NCBI GenBank assembly: GCA_046563655.1
Contig: CM102283.1
Location: forward strand, 8,184,001-8,248,000
DNA: 64,000 nt
Direction of reading: 5' to 3'
Source of the DNA: Yuukianura sp. NJ FZ-2021
Taxonomy: Eukaryota
The translations under genes and the position numbers were made by a program. The notes below the pieces were generated by a model. It was not told the origin of the DNA. It made no database searches and saw nothing but the letters and a program-made list of their open reading frames with translations. How positions within the stretch are numbered: the first letter of the stretch is position 1; each line of letters starts with the position of its first letter. Positions 31,001 to 41,741 of this stretch are shown here, in pieces.

Positions 31001-34000
31001 ATTCTAGAACGTTTCTGGACGGAGATTTGCGAACCAACATGTACACACAACAGACGTCTGGAAGAACATCAACTGAGTTGGAAATTGCCCGTCCATGCCA
31101 GTCGTTAGGACTGTAAAAATTCCGTCCACTAACATATTCCGTCCACAAGTTTCCGTCCATGACCGTCCAGTCACTAACTTCCGAGAGCAGTCACTTAGCT
31201 TCTTACAAACTTCTGCGTGGAGAAATTATGTCAATGGGAAAAAGTTTACAGAAGATCTGCGTAGCACGCCACCGCAAACTTCACGTCGTAACAGCCTGGA
31301 TTTCTGGACAAAAAGTTTTTGGAAAATTTCCGCCCTCGATTTAAGTTCAGGACTTTTGGCTTCTTCCAAAAATTTTGTTTTCGAAAGACAAAAGTGGTGA
31401 AAAGTGAAAGTGATAAAAAGTGCTCCTTGCCAAAAACGGAATACTTTAAGTCCACCTAATTCCAAGACCGTGGGAAACAACAGGCTTTTGATTACAATCG
31501 GAAGCATTGGCCAGAGTATTACTTTTTTGAAAAATTTGGAAATCTAAAGTGAAAGTTTTACACGTGGAGAACGCTGGCGTTTTAAATTTTTAGTTTTACG
31601 TGCTTCTAGGAGGTTTACAGGTATTAAAGTTGATGTAAAAACAAAGAAAAACTAAAAGCCTCGTGTCATGATTCCCAAAATTGATTGAAAATCCTACCAT
31701 CAAATGCTGATAACTTTTAAAATTCAGTTTTTTCGGTAAGCATATTAAAGTGAAAGTGTTAAAAAAAGGCAAAGATCAGGAACGTGGTTAAACGTACCTC
31801 ACATAAACTTCTTCCACTTTACAGCTTTTGTCTTTAAAAAACAAAGTTAAAAAAACTTTTTTGTCGTCCTTTTTGTTAAAAAAAATACTTGTGTAGATAT
31901 TTCCAAAAACTTGAAGAAAAAACAATTTTTGGAAAAAATCATAAACTGTTTGCATATACTTTCTAAAGTTAAGATTATACTTAGAACGTGGGTGTTAATT
32001 AGGCCACAATAGAGCGTCAATAAGTGTAAGTTGCAACTAAAGATTATCGCAACTTACATAAACATGCTTTAGAAATACATTCTTTTTTTGAACCTTTGAC
32101 AGCATGACGGTATTATTATCCCACGCAGATTTCCAAAATTTCACTCAAAAAAAAAAAGAAACAAATTCTTTTACACAGAATTTTGTTTTCGCTCATTTCT
32201 TTACTTTCCCTATCCATTTTTATCCCCGCCGAGCTCAAAGTCCATTCAACACGGAAAATTTCCCAGAAAACACTTTTATGAAATTTGAGACCCATTGAAC
32301 CAAAAACGAAAAAAAAATTCCGAAAACATGCCAACCGCTTTTATCAGAACTCCGGTATCACTCCGCCTGTACATGACTACCTGCGGTAAGAAATGCGTTA
32401 AAAACATAACGTCAATTACCCAATTCCTTTGAGCGTCAATGTCGTCGCACCACATGATAAAACAAGCGTGTATTACTCTACGTGATGTCTATGCTAGCTT
32501 AAGCTGACATGACATCAAAACAAATGACAGTTTTTAACACACCACATCAAAAGGCTCCAATTTTGAAATTTACGAAATTTGAGAAACAAGGCGTCGTTTA
32601 TGAATGAAAATTGTGACGCCAATGTCAATGTTTCAGTAGGGCTTAAGTGGAAGAGATATGACATTGACAATGTCGCTCGACTAATCTGGCCTTATGGATG
32701 TCGCCAATGCTTAGTGCGTCAGGGATCATGACTAATCTCATATCTTGTCATACCTCCATCAGGACACACTTCCAGTGACATCCAGTTGCTAAGTAACACT
32801 AAATTATCGTAAATTTATGACCCTGAAGATGACAACGACAAGAGATTTAGAAATTTTGAACTCAAATTTTGAAAAATTGATTGATCTTGTCCATGTAAGG
32901 TGAAAGTAGCGGAGAAAATTGAAACCAATTTGTCATAAGATTACAGAATCTGGCATGTTTCATAACATGTGCTAAGAGTACATTAGATGTAAAGTGATGT
33001 TGATTCTTGATTCTTGCCGCTTTACATGTGAAGTGTGTGGGCAGAAAAATGAAGGTTGTTGAGGCATTATTAGCCACTGTTCTCAAAGTGAATTGCATTA
33101 AAATTACGAATGTATTCAACTAAACATCAAAACATTTTTTTGAAAAACTTTTTTTTTGCTTTAGGAGAAAAATGAATGATAATCTGCTTTGGTAAAGAAT
33201 CTTTTGATGTAGTTCCCAGAAAAATATGAAGTGGACTAGTAATGATAATGGTGGATGTTTAGAAAGTAGTTAGCGGGAACTTACAAAAGAGAGAAGCGGA
33301 AGATTCCAGGCCGAAGCAACAAGGGCTTCCGAGACACACGAATCCTCTGAACCGCCGATAAACGCAACAGTTCCGTTGTCCCGCATTTCCGTCATCACAC
33401 GAATTGGAATAGAACGCAACTCCAAGTCGGAACTGAAAAAAAAAGTGTTGAACTAATTGCTGTTGAACTAATTGACTAGTGGACGAGAAAAATTTTAGCT
33501 TCATTTTTGAATAATTCGAAATTTTGAAAAATTGTTTCCCTAACCTTCCAATGTCGGCTGCAATGAATTGTAGTTTTCTTCCCGGGAGAAGAGAGGAGTC
33601 ATTGTTTACTCTTTCCACCTTCAAAATTTTGAAAAGTCGAATTTTTTGAAATTATAAAATTTAGTTTTTGAATAGTAAGTATACTTACGGCGAGTCGGAT
33701 TGCTCCTAAGCTGAGTTGATTTTCGTTGTATGGTGTTAGAAATCCGATTGTCAAAGTTTCATTAAAACGATACATTCCTGCTCCAGTCAAATAGTTATAC
33801 AATTTTCCAAATCCATCTTGACCTGAAGTGACCTGCTACACCAAATTTCGAAATTTTGAAATTTTCCAAAACTTTTTTTTGAAAATCTTATTGTTCCTTA
33901 CGTTGTAACATTTGGCGTCTTCCGTTCCAGTGTAAGCAACCCCTTGACCCTGGAGTGTCACGACAATTGTATCGTCCAAAAGTAAAATTATGAAAATTAG

Positions 34001-34024
34001 TTTAGAAAACAAGTATGAAATCAT
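16099..34024 (-). CDS. Receptor-type guanylate cyclase (signal peptide, ANF-receptor-like ectodomain, TM, kinase-homology domain, cyclase domain); possibly Gyc32E-like
   Basis: Signal [16 protein letters not shown] (ATG 34024); ectodomain exons ([20 protein letters not shown] at 30331-30506, [28 protein letters not shown]); [21 protein letters not shown] then [40 protein letters not shown]; cyclase [56 protein letters not shown]; ends ADHVNFV*. About 21 exons. Confidence 0.93.
18381..18955. repeat. 130-bp tandem repeat, ~4.4 copies, in a guanylate cyclase intron
   Basis: Anchor gcctaatcgt recurs at 18414, 18544, 18674, 18805 and (diverged) 18938; inner copies nearly identical. Confidence 0.95.
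21308..21431. repeat. Short tandem repeat (TAGTTACTCCCTCC core), ~5 copies
   Basis: tagttactccctcc / tagttactctctg / tagttactcccgcc repeated at ~25-bp spacing in a cyclase intron. Confidence 0.8.
25393..27086 (+). CDS. Secreted mucin-like (Pro/Ala/Thr/Glu-rich) C-type lectin, nested antisense in the guanylate cyclase intron
   Basis: Signal peptide [29 protein letters not shown] repeats; phase-consistent exons 25393-25743, 25829-25853, ~25926-26001, 26086-26324, 26861-27086; [13 protein letters not shown]...YWMGLND...GEWRW...WYPGQPD...HCGLI...WDDCLC...YFICQ. Confidence 0.9.
26336..26846. mobile_element. Foldback-like non-autonomous element with inverted tandem arrays
   Basis: Left array of (CC/GA)ATTGTATCAACTG units 26336-26670, spacer containing AACCTAACC, right array in inverted orientation (CAGTTGACACAATT); termini gccattgtatcaac ... 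gttgacacaatggc are near-perfect inverted repeats. Confidence 0.7.
28493..28721. mobile_element. hAT-superfamily MITE (229 bp)
   Basis: Perfect 11-bp TIRs CAGGGTTGTTA ... TAACAACCCTG flanked by an 8-bp direct duplication TATAGGCC (28485-28492 and 28722-28729); internal repeats atttttggcgcc and an inverted tgcgaaaaatgcgta. Confidence 0.92.
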
Positions 34025-34854
34025 CGTGGTTATGATCAACAGAATTTTTAGTACAACTGGTATAAATTTTTGTTGAAGTTATGAAATTGTGACTTCCTGG
34101 TGATCACATCTTGGCAGCATGACTGCAAAACTGCGACTGGTGACGGAGAAAGCACATTACCCGGGTTTTCTCACTCCACCGAAAACATGAGAGCATATCC
34201 AACCGTTTCCCAAACTTCCAAAAGACGGAAGTTGCGTCGAAAATGTGTTTCCGAATTTTTTATTTAAACTTTTCGTGTTATTCCATCCAACTACGATCAC
34301 AAAATAGTCAAACTTTGAGTCAATTTTTTTTAAAAACAAATATTTAATTAATAAGTAAATTACTAATTAACTTTAGGGGAATTGAAAAAAAAAGCGGACA
34401 TTTTTTTAAAAGTAAATACTTTAATATATTTAAATATTCATTGGAATTTTTATTTTCGATGAAAATATGATTTCAAGTTGTTTCCTGGCAAAGAAATTTA
34501 CTGTTTTGAAGTGTTAAGTGTTAAGTGCTAAAAAGCGACGCTAAAACAAGTGTACTAAGAATAAGATGCTAAAAATGTCCTGACGCTACGTTTGGCCTTT
34601 TAAGTAACGAAATTTATTTTTAACAACTTCGGATTTTTTAAAGAGGAGAAACAATCCCTTGAAGGCACACAACAGACATGCCTTCACACCAAAATTTTCA
34701 TTTCATTTAGAAACCAACATGGGATTCAATCGGTATTAAATTCTAATTCCAATAACTGGTCAGTTAAAAATGGACAATAAATTGCTTTGAAAAACAATTA
34801 GTTTTCAAATTTTTACTTTGCGCTAACTTAACTTAAAAGTAAAGTTTTGCAATC

Positions 34855-34938
34855 ATGAAGGAAGCGTCGTTACTATTGATGCTGTTCGTTCTGGGTCTTT
34901 CATCGTCTTTCATCAACAACGAATCGCAGCCTAATACG
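34855..34938 (+). CDS. Putative alternative first exon encoding a signal peptide for the aminopeptidase P gene
   Basis: ATG...MKEASLLLMLFVLGLSSSFINNESQPNT (28 codons) ending at a GT donor, phase 0, in frame with the acceptor at 35448 ([10 protein letters not shown]). Confidence 0.6.
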
Positions 34939-35462
34939 GTAAAAAAGATTAATTAAGCTTGGTGTTTTATTAAATAAATACGCAAATAACAAACGAGTTC
35001 GTTAAAAATTCGTTAAAAAATAAGTCATTAAAAATTTAGCATTTTTCATCAAAGTTATTTGTAAAACGTGGTGTATTCTCAATTTCTTGCGAAATTTAAA
35101 ATTTGGATGTGCCCATCAATGCTAAGTAGAGTGAGGTATGTTGAGTGATAAGTTTTAGACGAGTTTTGTTTTTTGACACTTTTGTAACTTGTCAACTTGT
35201 CGTCGGGGTTTTTGTTTTCGGAAATTTGGCAGATAACTAGTCAAGCGCTTTTTAGTTTATCTAATCTCGTGCTTGGAAAGCATTGTTGTTCTGAAGTGAA
35301 GAACAAGCAGTACTGCTGTACTGGGAGGGTCGACAACATTCGGTTAGCAACAGTAAGGACAACCGGGGTTATAAATTGCAATCAGTCGATTGTTTATACG
35401 TTAGTCGTAAGCTGTTGAGAGTCTAATTGCTTTTGATTGGATTTCAGGTTTTGAAGGTCAGT

Positions 35463-38019
35463 ATGGCGCAGGCCAAGGACACTACCTTGATACTTCAGCG
35501 CCTACGGGCTCTCATGACAAATCTGGACGTCGTGCCACATAACTTGGATGCCTATATTATTCCATCCGGTGATGCCCATAATGTAAGTATGCATTGAAAT
35601 GTCACCCCGCAATGTTAAAGTTGGGAGCTGAAAATTTGTCATATTTTAGAGCGAGTACATTGCGGATTGTGATAACCGTCGAGCTTTCGTGAGTGGATTT
35701 GATGGGTCGGCGGGAACAGCCATTGTTACCAAAACTGCAGCATTCCTGTGGACGGATGGTCGCTATTACATTCAGGCTTTGCAGCAACTGGATAAGAACT
35801 GGACGTTGATGAAAATGGGTACATGACTTGGAGTTAATTAAAGATTAATCTTAAGTATAAATAATGTTTAAATGTTATGCTTTTGTTATCTAAGGGTTGC
35901 CAGATACTCCGTCGCAGGCAGTTTGGCTGAGCAAGAACTTGCCGAATGCTTCCTATGTTGGTGTTGATCCGCTGCTGATGACACAGGATGAGTGGGAGTC
36001 CATGTCCGAGAAACTAAATACGTCAGGGAAGACACTGACTGCTGTTCCGAAAAATTTAGTTGATTTAGTCTGGTCCGACCGTCCAGTTCGGCCGAAGAAA
36101 CCAGTGATCCAACTAGACGAAAAATTTAATGGGAACAGCACGTCGCAAAAGATTGCCGATGTTAGGAAGAAATTGAGTGATGCTGACTGCCAATATTTGC
36201 TGGTGACGGAGCTAGATGAAATTGCATGTAAGACTACAATTTTGTGATCATTAGCATGCATTTCGCCGAAGATTGAAAAGTAATTGCGTTTTTTTACTCA
36301 GGGCTGCTGAATTTGCGTGGAAGTGATATTGACTACAATCCGGTCTTCTTTGCTTACGTCCTCGTGACACCAACTGGTGTTGAGATCTGTATTGACTGTG
36401 ATAAGCTTTCGGGCTCAATCGAGGAAAAACTAAAAGCCGAAATTGGACAAGTCACATTCCATCCTTATGAAGACGTCCAGAAGCGTGTTAAATTGCATGT
36501 AAGACTCAACATTTTGAAATTTTGAATTCTGACTGCACCCAATGTTATTTTGTTGACACTAATTTTTATTATTTTTTGCACTTTAAGGTCGAGCAGTCAA
36601 ATGCACGCTTCTTTGTTTCCAAACGGTGTAATCATGGCCTTGTGGATTTGATTCCTCCAGCACGTCGAACCATGGAGCTGACACCTATCGCCTTGATGAA
36701 AGCATTGAAGAATCCAGTCGAGATACAAGGAATGGAAAACTGTCACATCAGAGATGCCGCTGCTCTGTGCGAATTCTTTGCATGGCTGGAGAAAGAAATT
36801 GAAGCTGGAACTAAAATTACTGAAATTTCGGCTGCTGACAAACTGGAACAATGTCGAGCGTAAGACATTTCCGCATGAAGTTATTCAAAATGTGAATTCA
36901 TGTCATAATTTTTTGAATTTTGAATTTTGTGATTCTTTTTTAGAAAACAAAAGCATTTCATGGGCTTGAGCTTCCCGTCTATCTCTTCGTCTGGACCTAA
37001 TGGAGCTGTCATTCACTACAATCCGAGACCAGAGACCAATCGAGTCTTGACTCCCGATGAAATGTACTTGATTGACAGTGGTGGTCAGTACCTTGATGGA
37101 ACCACAGACGTGACACGAACTCTCCATTTTGGAAAACCAACTGACTTCCAGAGAGATTGCTTCACTCGGGTACTTAAAGGGACCATTGCTCTCGTCTCGG
37201 CCGTTTTTCCAAACAAAATTGTTGGAAACAAGTTGGACAGTTTTGCAAGGAAGGCTCTTTGGGACGTTGGTTTGGACTATATTCATGGAACTGGACATGG
37301 AATTGGTCATTTCCTGTAATTCCAAATTCTAATTGCTCTTGAATTATTGAATTATCATGTTCATGACCTTTTTGCTTCTAAAGTTAGAAATATGTGGCGT
37401 GTTTTTCTCATCCCCTTTGCATTTTGGTTATTGATTTTTTGGAAAAACTGACTACAATTTTATTTGTCCAGGAATGTCCATGAGGGTCCACATGGTATCA
37501 CTTACAAAGATGTTCCAGACGATCCAGGAATGCAAGAAAATATGTTTGTTTCTAATGGTAAGACATGACTTCCTGAAACTGGAACTCAAAAAAATTGTTT
37601 GAAATTGAATTTCTAAATTTTACTTTTAGAACCTGGCTACTATCAAGAAAACGAATTTGGAATCCGAATTGAAAACATTATTCGAGTGGTGCAAGCAAAA
37701 GGCTTACCGAACAACTTTGCTAACCGTGGATATCTTACGTTTGCCGATGTCACTTTCGTTCCAATTCAACAGAAGCTGATCAAAACCGAACTTCTGACAA
37801 CTGCTGAGGTAAACCTTGAACAAGTTTTTTGAACTTTTGAACTAGAATTTGGAGTTATAAAATTTTGAAAATGTGTTTTAGATCAACTACATCAACGAGT
37901 ACCATAACGAATGCAGACGCAAGGTCGGAAGTTACATTGAAGCAAACGGGCTGGATGAAGATGGTTTCAAGTGGCTGCTCAAAGAAACTGAACCCCTTCG
38001 CACCGTTCATGTCAAATAA
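35463..38019 (+). CDS. XPNPEP1: Xaa-Pro aminopeptidase 1 (aminopeptidase P, M24B)
   Basis: ATG 35463 [63 protein letters not shown]; metal-site motifs [48 protein letters not shown]; stop TAA 38017-38019, no hydrophobic GPI tail. Confidence 0.95.
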
Positions 38020-38384
38020 AAATTCAAGTTTCCTTCAGCATTTTCAATTAAAGTTGAAGATTTTAGCAGAATTTGAACATTTTTTCACCGTTTGAGCTAG
38101 ACTGAAATTTTTCCAGCGATGGAAGCATCTTCATCTCGAAATTTGTGTGACCAGATTCTGGATTTGGATTGATCTACTCTCGTCTTGTGTTTGAACAAGA
38201 AGTGTTAGAGCTTGCGTCATTTTGAACAGCAGAGGGTGAAAGTGTTTCAAATTGGGATAAAAGGGGAAGAGAAAGTCTCAACTCCGGCACTTGTTGAACC
38301 TTGGTTGGTAGAGAGGACCAAAATTTTGAAATTCAGCACTTGTAACTTTTTTTGAAACAATAGGATTTGAGTAAGTTTGAGATT

Positions 38385-39177
38385 ATGAACTTTGAGTTTT
38401 TTTGGTTGGCCATAGCAGTGTGGCTACTTGGCCTTACACAGCAGTCCACTGCTTCAGTGGACTCTCTGACCCCGGATGACCTTTTGGCCATGGCCAGTCT
38501 CCTAGGCGACGACGACTCACCGCCACTCTCGGCTGAAGGGGGTGTCCAGATTATGGGAACAGGAGCTGTTGACCCGGCAACCACTCTTGACTGTCACCGA
38601 AGACTCTACTCATATCGAGTAAGTTTTCAAAATTTCAAAATTACTCAATTTTTTATGAAATTTTGTTTGATTTTGATTTCAAATTTTAGGTAACGAAGAC
38701 GGATTCTATGGGAAGAAAATGCTGGGGTCACGTCAATGTCATGTCATGCTGGGGTCGATGCGATTCTAACGAAGTACGAAACTAAAACTTTTCGAATTTT
38801 TTTTTTTTTTTTTGAAAATCTTGTTTTTCTAAAATTTTGAAATTTATGCCTGTAACTTAGATTCCTGATTGGAGATTTCCGTACAAGCGGTCGCATCATC
38901 CCGTCTGTTTGTACGGAACGCGAAAACCGAATTCCGCTACTCTCACTAATTGTGAACCCGACGTTGAACCTGGAACTGAAAGGTGAATTTCAAAAACTGA
39001 GTTCGAAATTTCATTGTTTTCAAAATTTCAAGTTTTCAAAATTTGAATTTTTCTTTCATTTTCAGATACGACTACCAGGAGGCCGAAACTTGCGTCTGTA
39101 CAGTTTGCAAATCGAGTGAAGCCAGTTGCGAAGGACTGCGCTACCGTGGGATTCGATCTCGCTACCTCAATAACTGA
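38385..39177 (+). CDS. GPB5: Glycoprotein hormone beta-5 subunit (thyrostimulin beta)
   Basis: Signal peptide MNFEFFWLAIAVWLLGLTQQSTA; exons 38385-38618, 38690-38773, 38861-38982, 39066-39177 give TLDCHRRLYSYRVTKTDSMGRKCWGHVNVMSCWGRCDSNEIPDWRFPYKRSHHPVC...NCEPDVEPGTERYDYQEAETCVCTVCKSSEASCEGLRY, the arthropod GPB5 cystine-knot pattern. Confidence 0.95.
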
Positions 39178-40495
39178 TCCGGAACACTACTCCACTACTC
39201 CGCTTTTCAAATTTAAAAAATGTCTGTTCTAAAAAGTATTTGAATATTACTTAAAACTGGTTCTGGGCTCTTGTAGTCAATAAACTGGAAAAACAAGGGT
39301 GATGATGATGATGTCGATTCAAAAAAACGTTTTTACCGCGCATCGTTAACTTTTTTGATCGTATTTCCATAAGCAGTTAACTTTTGCTCCCTTAGCTCAT
39401 AAAATTGAATCATAATGGGAAATGTGCATTAGTATTTTATAGACTTTCATAGACTTTGGCTCTCCACTTTCCTGGAACAAATGGACGCAAAAGGGAGTTG
39501 TTTTTTGAACTTGTTTGAACAGCATTTGAACAAAAACTTGAAAATGGTGGAAAGTGGGAGAAAAGTACCTAAAGCCCTTAGAAAATCTGGAGGCAGGCGG
39601 TTTGAAATGTCTGAAAACCGATTCTAACATCCCACGTCTTTCACACGTACACGTACACGTAAGCGTGTGTTTGCTAAAACAGTAATGACGTAACGTACGT
39701 TTAAGAAAAGCGTTTAGAACGTCAAAGAATGGAAATCAATTAAAAACTAAAAGTTTGTTCAATGTAATCCGCTTTTCTGCTAACGTTTTACTTGTCTACT
39801 TTTCGTGTGATTGTAAAAGAAACAAAGTTTGTGCTAAACTGAATCAACAAACAAGTGTGTGAACAATCATGCCAAAACTACAACTTGAAATTGAAACAGT
39901 CTGTCTCATGCTTCATTTTCAGGAGAAAGTTTTCCAAAAATGACGAAGAAAAACTGAACAACAACTGCTGAATTTTGTGCGAATTATTTCGATTCGTGAG
40001 GAAAGTTGTTGAAGTAGAGGCGTCGAAAAAAAAGTTTTTTCTTTCTAATCAAGACATTCATTTCATAGAAAAATGAAATCATGGTACGATGTGTTGCAAA
40101 ATTTTGAAGCGTTTTCGTAGTTTTGATTTTGTCCAAAAACTGTTTTTCAAAAGCTTTTATTTTTTTATTGAATTTTGAAACATTCATTACAGCAGCGTTT
40201 CTTTATAACTACGATTTATTAAAGTACTTTCTCCGAAATTTTATTCAAGTAAAGCATTTGTAGTCTACTTTAACTAGAATTTCACATACGATGATGAATT
40301 ACCTCTATTCAAAATTTAAAATTTTGAAAATTGGAGCCTGTTTCTTAAAAATTCAACCTACAATTTTAAGCAAGTTCTTTCGAATTCACAAACTTCATAT
40401 TCTGCTATCTTTTTCTGTGATTAGCTGTCTTTGGAAAAGACAAAATCCAATTTTTTTAAAATGAAATTTTGTAATTTTTTTTCTTTGCAAATTTT

Positions 40496-41091
40496 TTAGT
40501 CCTTTTTGCAGTGGTAGCAGGAACATGAATTTGCAGACTTGAAGACGAGTTCGCGTGGACCATCGACACACATGACGCTTACCGTGACATCCTCCGTTTC
40601 CATAATGTTACAGCATTGACCAACACTCGTAATGGCTTGCGATGGATTCGTTTGGAGACGATGCCAAGCTGACGGAACAGCAAACGACTCGCAGTATCCA
40701 CGACAAGCATTCGTCGTCATCGTAAACTCAACGCAGTCGGGAATCGTGACCTTCCGAGTGTGTCCTAGGTCAAACAAGGTCAAACATTAACCAAAAGCAC
40801 TTAAATTCAGTTGAGCAACTCTAGATTTGTCCACTCTTTCTTAAGTTTCCAACTGCGGGGCTCCCTTTTCTTTTAAATTTCCCGCGGCATGAGAGTTAGT
40901 CAAAAGCGGTAGGCGGGAGCCCTTGAAATTGGCGGGAGATTTGAAATTGGCGGGAGATTTGAAAATCACTTACCCACTTTGTGGCACCCTGGTCGCTCCC
41001 AAGCATGTTTTCCCTGGTTCATGTCAGCCAAAGTGACCGTGAGAAACAAAATGGCTGCCAAGGACATCCAACCTACTGAGAGTCGCTCCAT
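40496..41091 (-). CDS. GPA2: Glycoprotein hormone alpha-2 subunit (thyrostimulin alpha)
   Basis: Exons 40974-41091 (MERLSVGWMSLAAILFLTVTLA...AWERPGCHKV) and 40496-40764 (GHTRKVTIPDCVEFTMTTNACRGYCESFAVPS...SVGQCCNIMETEDV...SANSCSCYHCKKD*), the arthropod GPA2 signature. Confidence 0.96.
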
Positions 41092-41590
41092 TCCAAAAAC
41101 TTTTTAGTTCCTTGCGGCGTTCTTTAAGAAGTCTTGCTCAAAAAGTTCAAAAACGGCGTTCCTCTCTTCTTTGAAACTTCTTTTTTTGAAAATGGTTGAG
41201 AAAATCTAAAAAAGAAATTAGAAGAGGTTCAATTGAAAAAGAGTTTCAATTGAGCTGAAAGTTGAAAGTCGGAAATCCCCCGTGGGAAAGTAACCTGCTC
41301 CTGACACTTCCGTTTCTTTAAGCTTCTTTGTCCAATTTTCTTTTTTTAAAACTTCTTTTTACTTTTCTTAAACAAAAAAAATTTAAACAAGGTTTTTAAT
41401 TCCGTTTCTCTTCAACTTTCAAACTCTTTATCTTTCGTAGTTTTTCTTTCAAAGCTCTCAAACTTTGAGTTTCAAACAGCAAGCTGCTGGTTGACGGCAG
41501 AACCATTTAAAAAAACTTTTACTTCATTTTGAAAATTATTTTTCATTTTACGCAACTCTCTTATTAGAGTCATGCGGGTTGGGAAAAGGC

Positions 41591-41741
41591 TTGACGATCG
41601 TCATTGTAGCCACACGGTGTAGCCACTTTGCAACTACAATGGGTGGCTACGCCGCCGGCTGGCTACTTATGTTGCCACTGAGTGTAGCCACACAGGATGG
41701 CAGGAGTGGCTACATTGTGTAGCAGCATTGACGATCGTTAA
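41591..41741. repeat. Small palindrome-bounded element with GTAGCCAC/GTGGCTAC inverted repeats (possible MITE remnant)
   Basis: Bounded by ttgacgatcgtca (41591) and ttgacgatcgttaa (41728); multiple internal tgtagccac and gtggctac copies; GC-rich relative to flanks. Confidence 0.55.
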
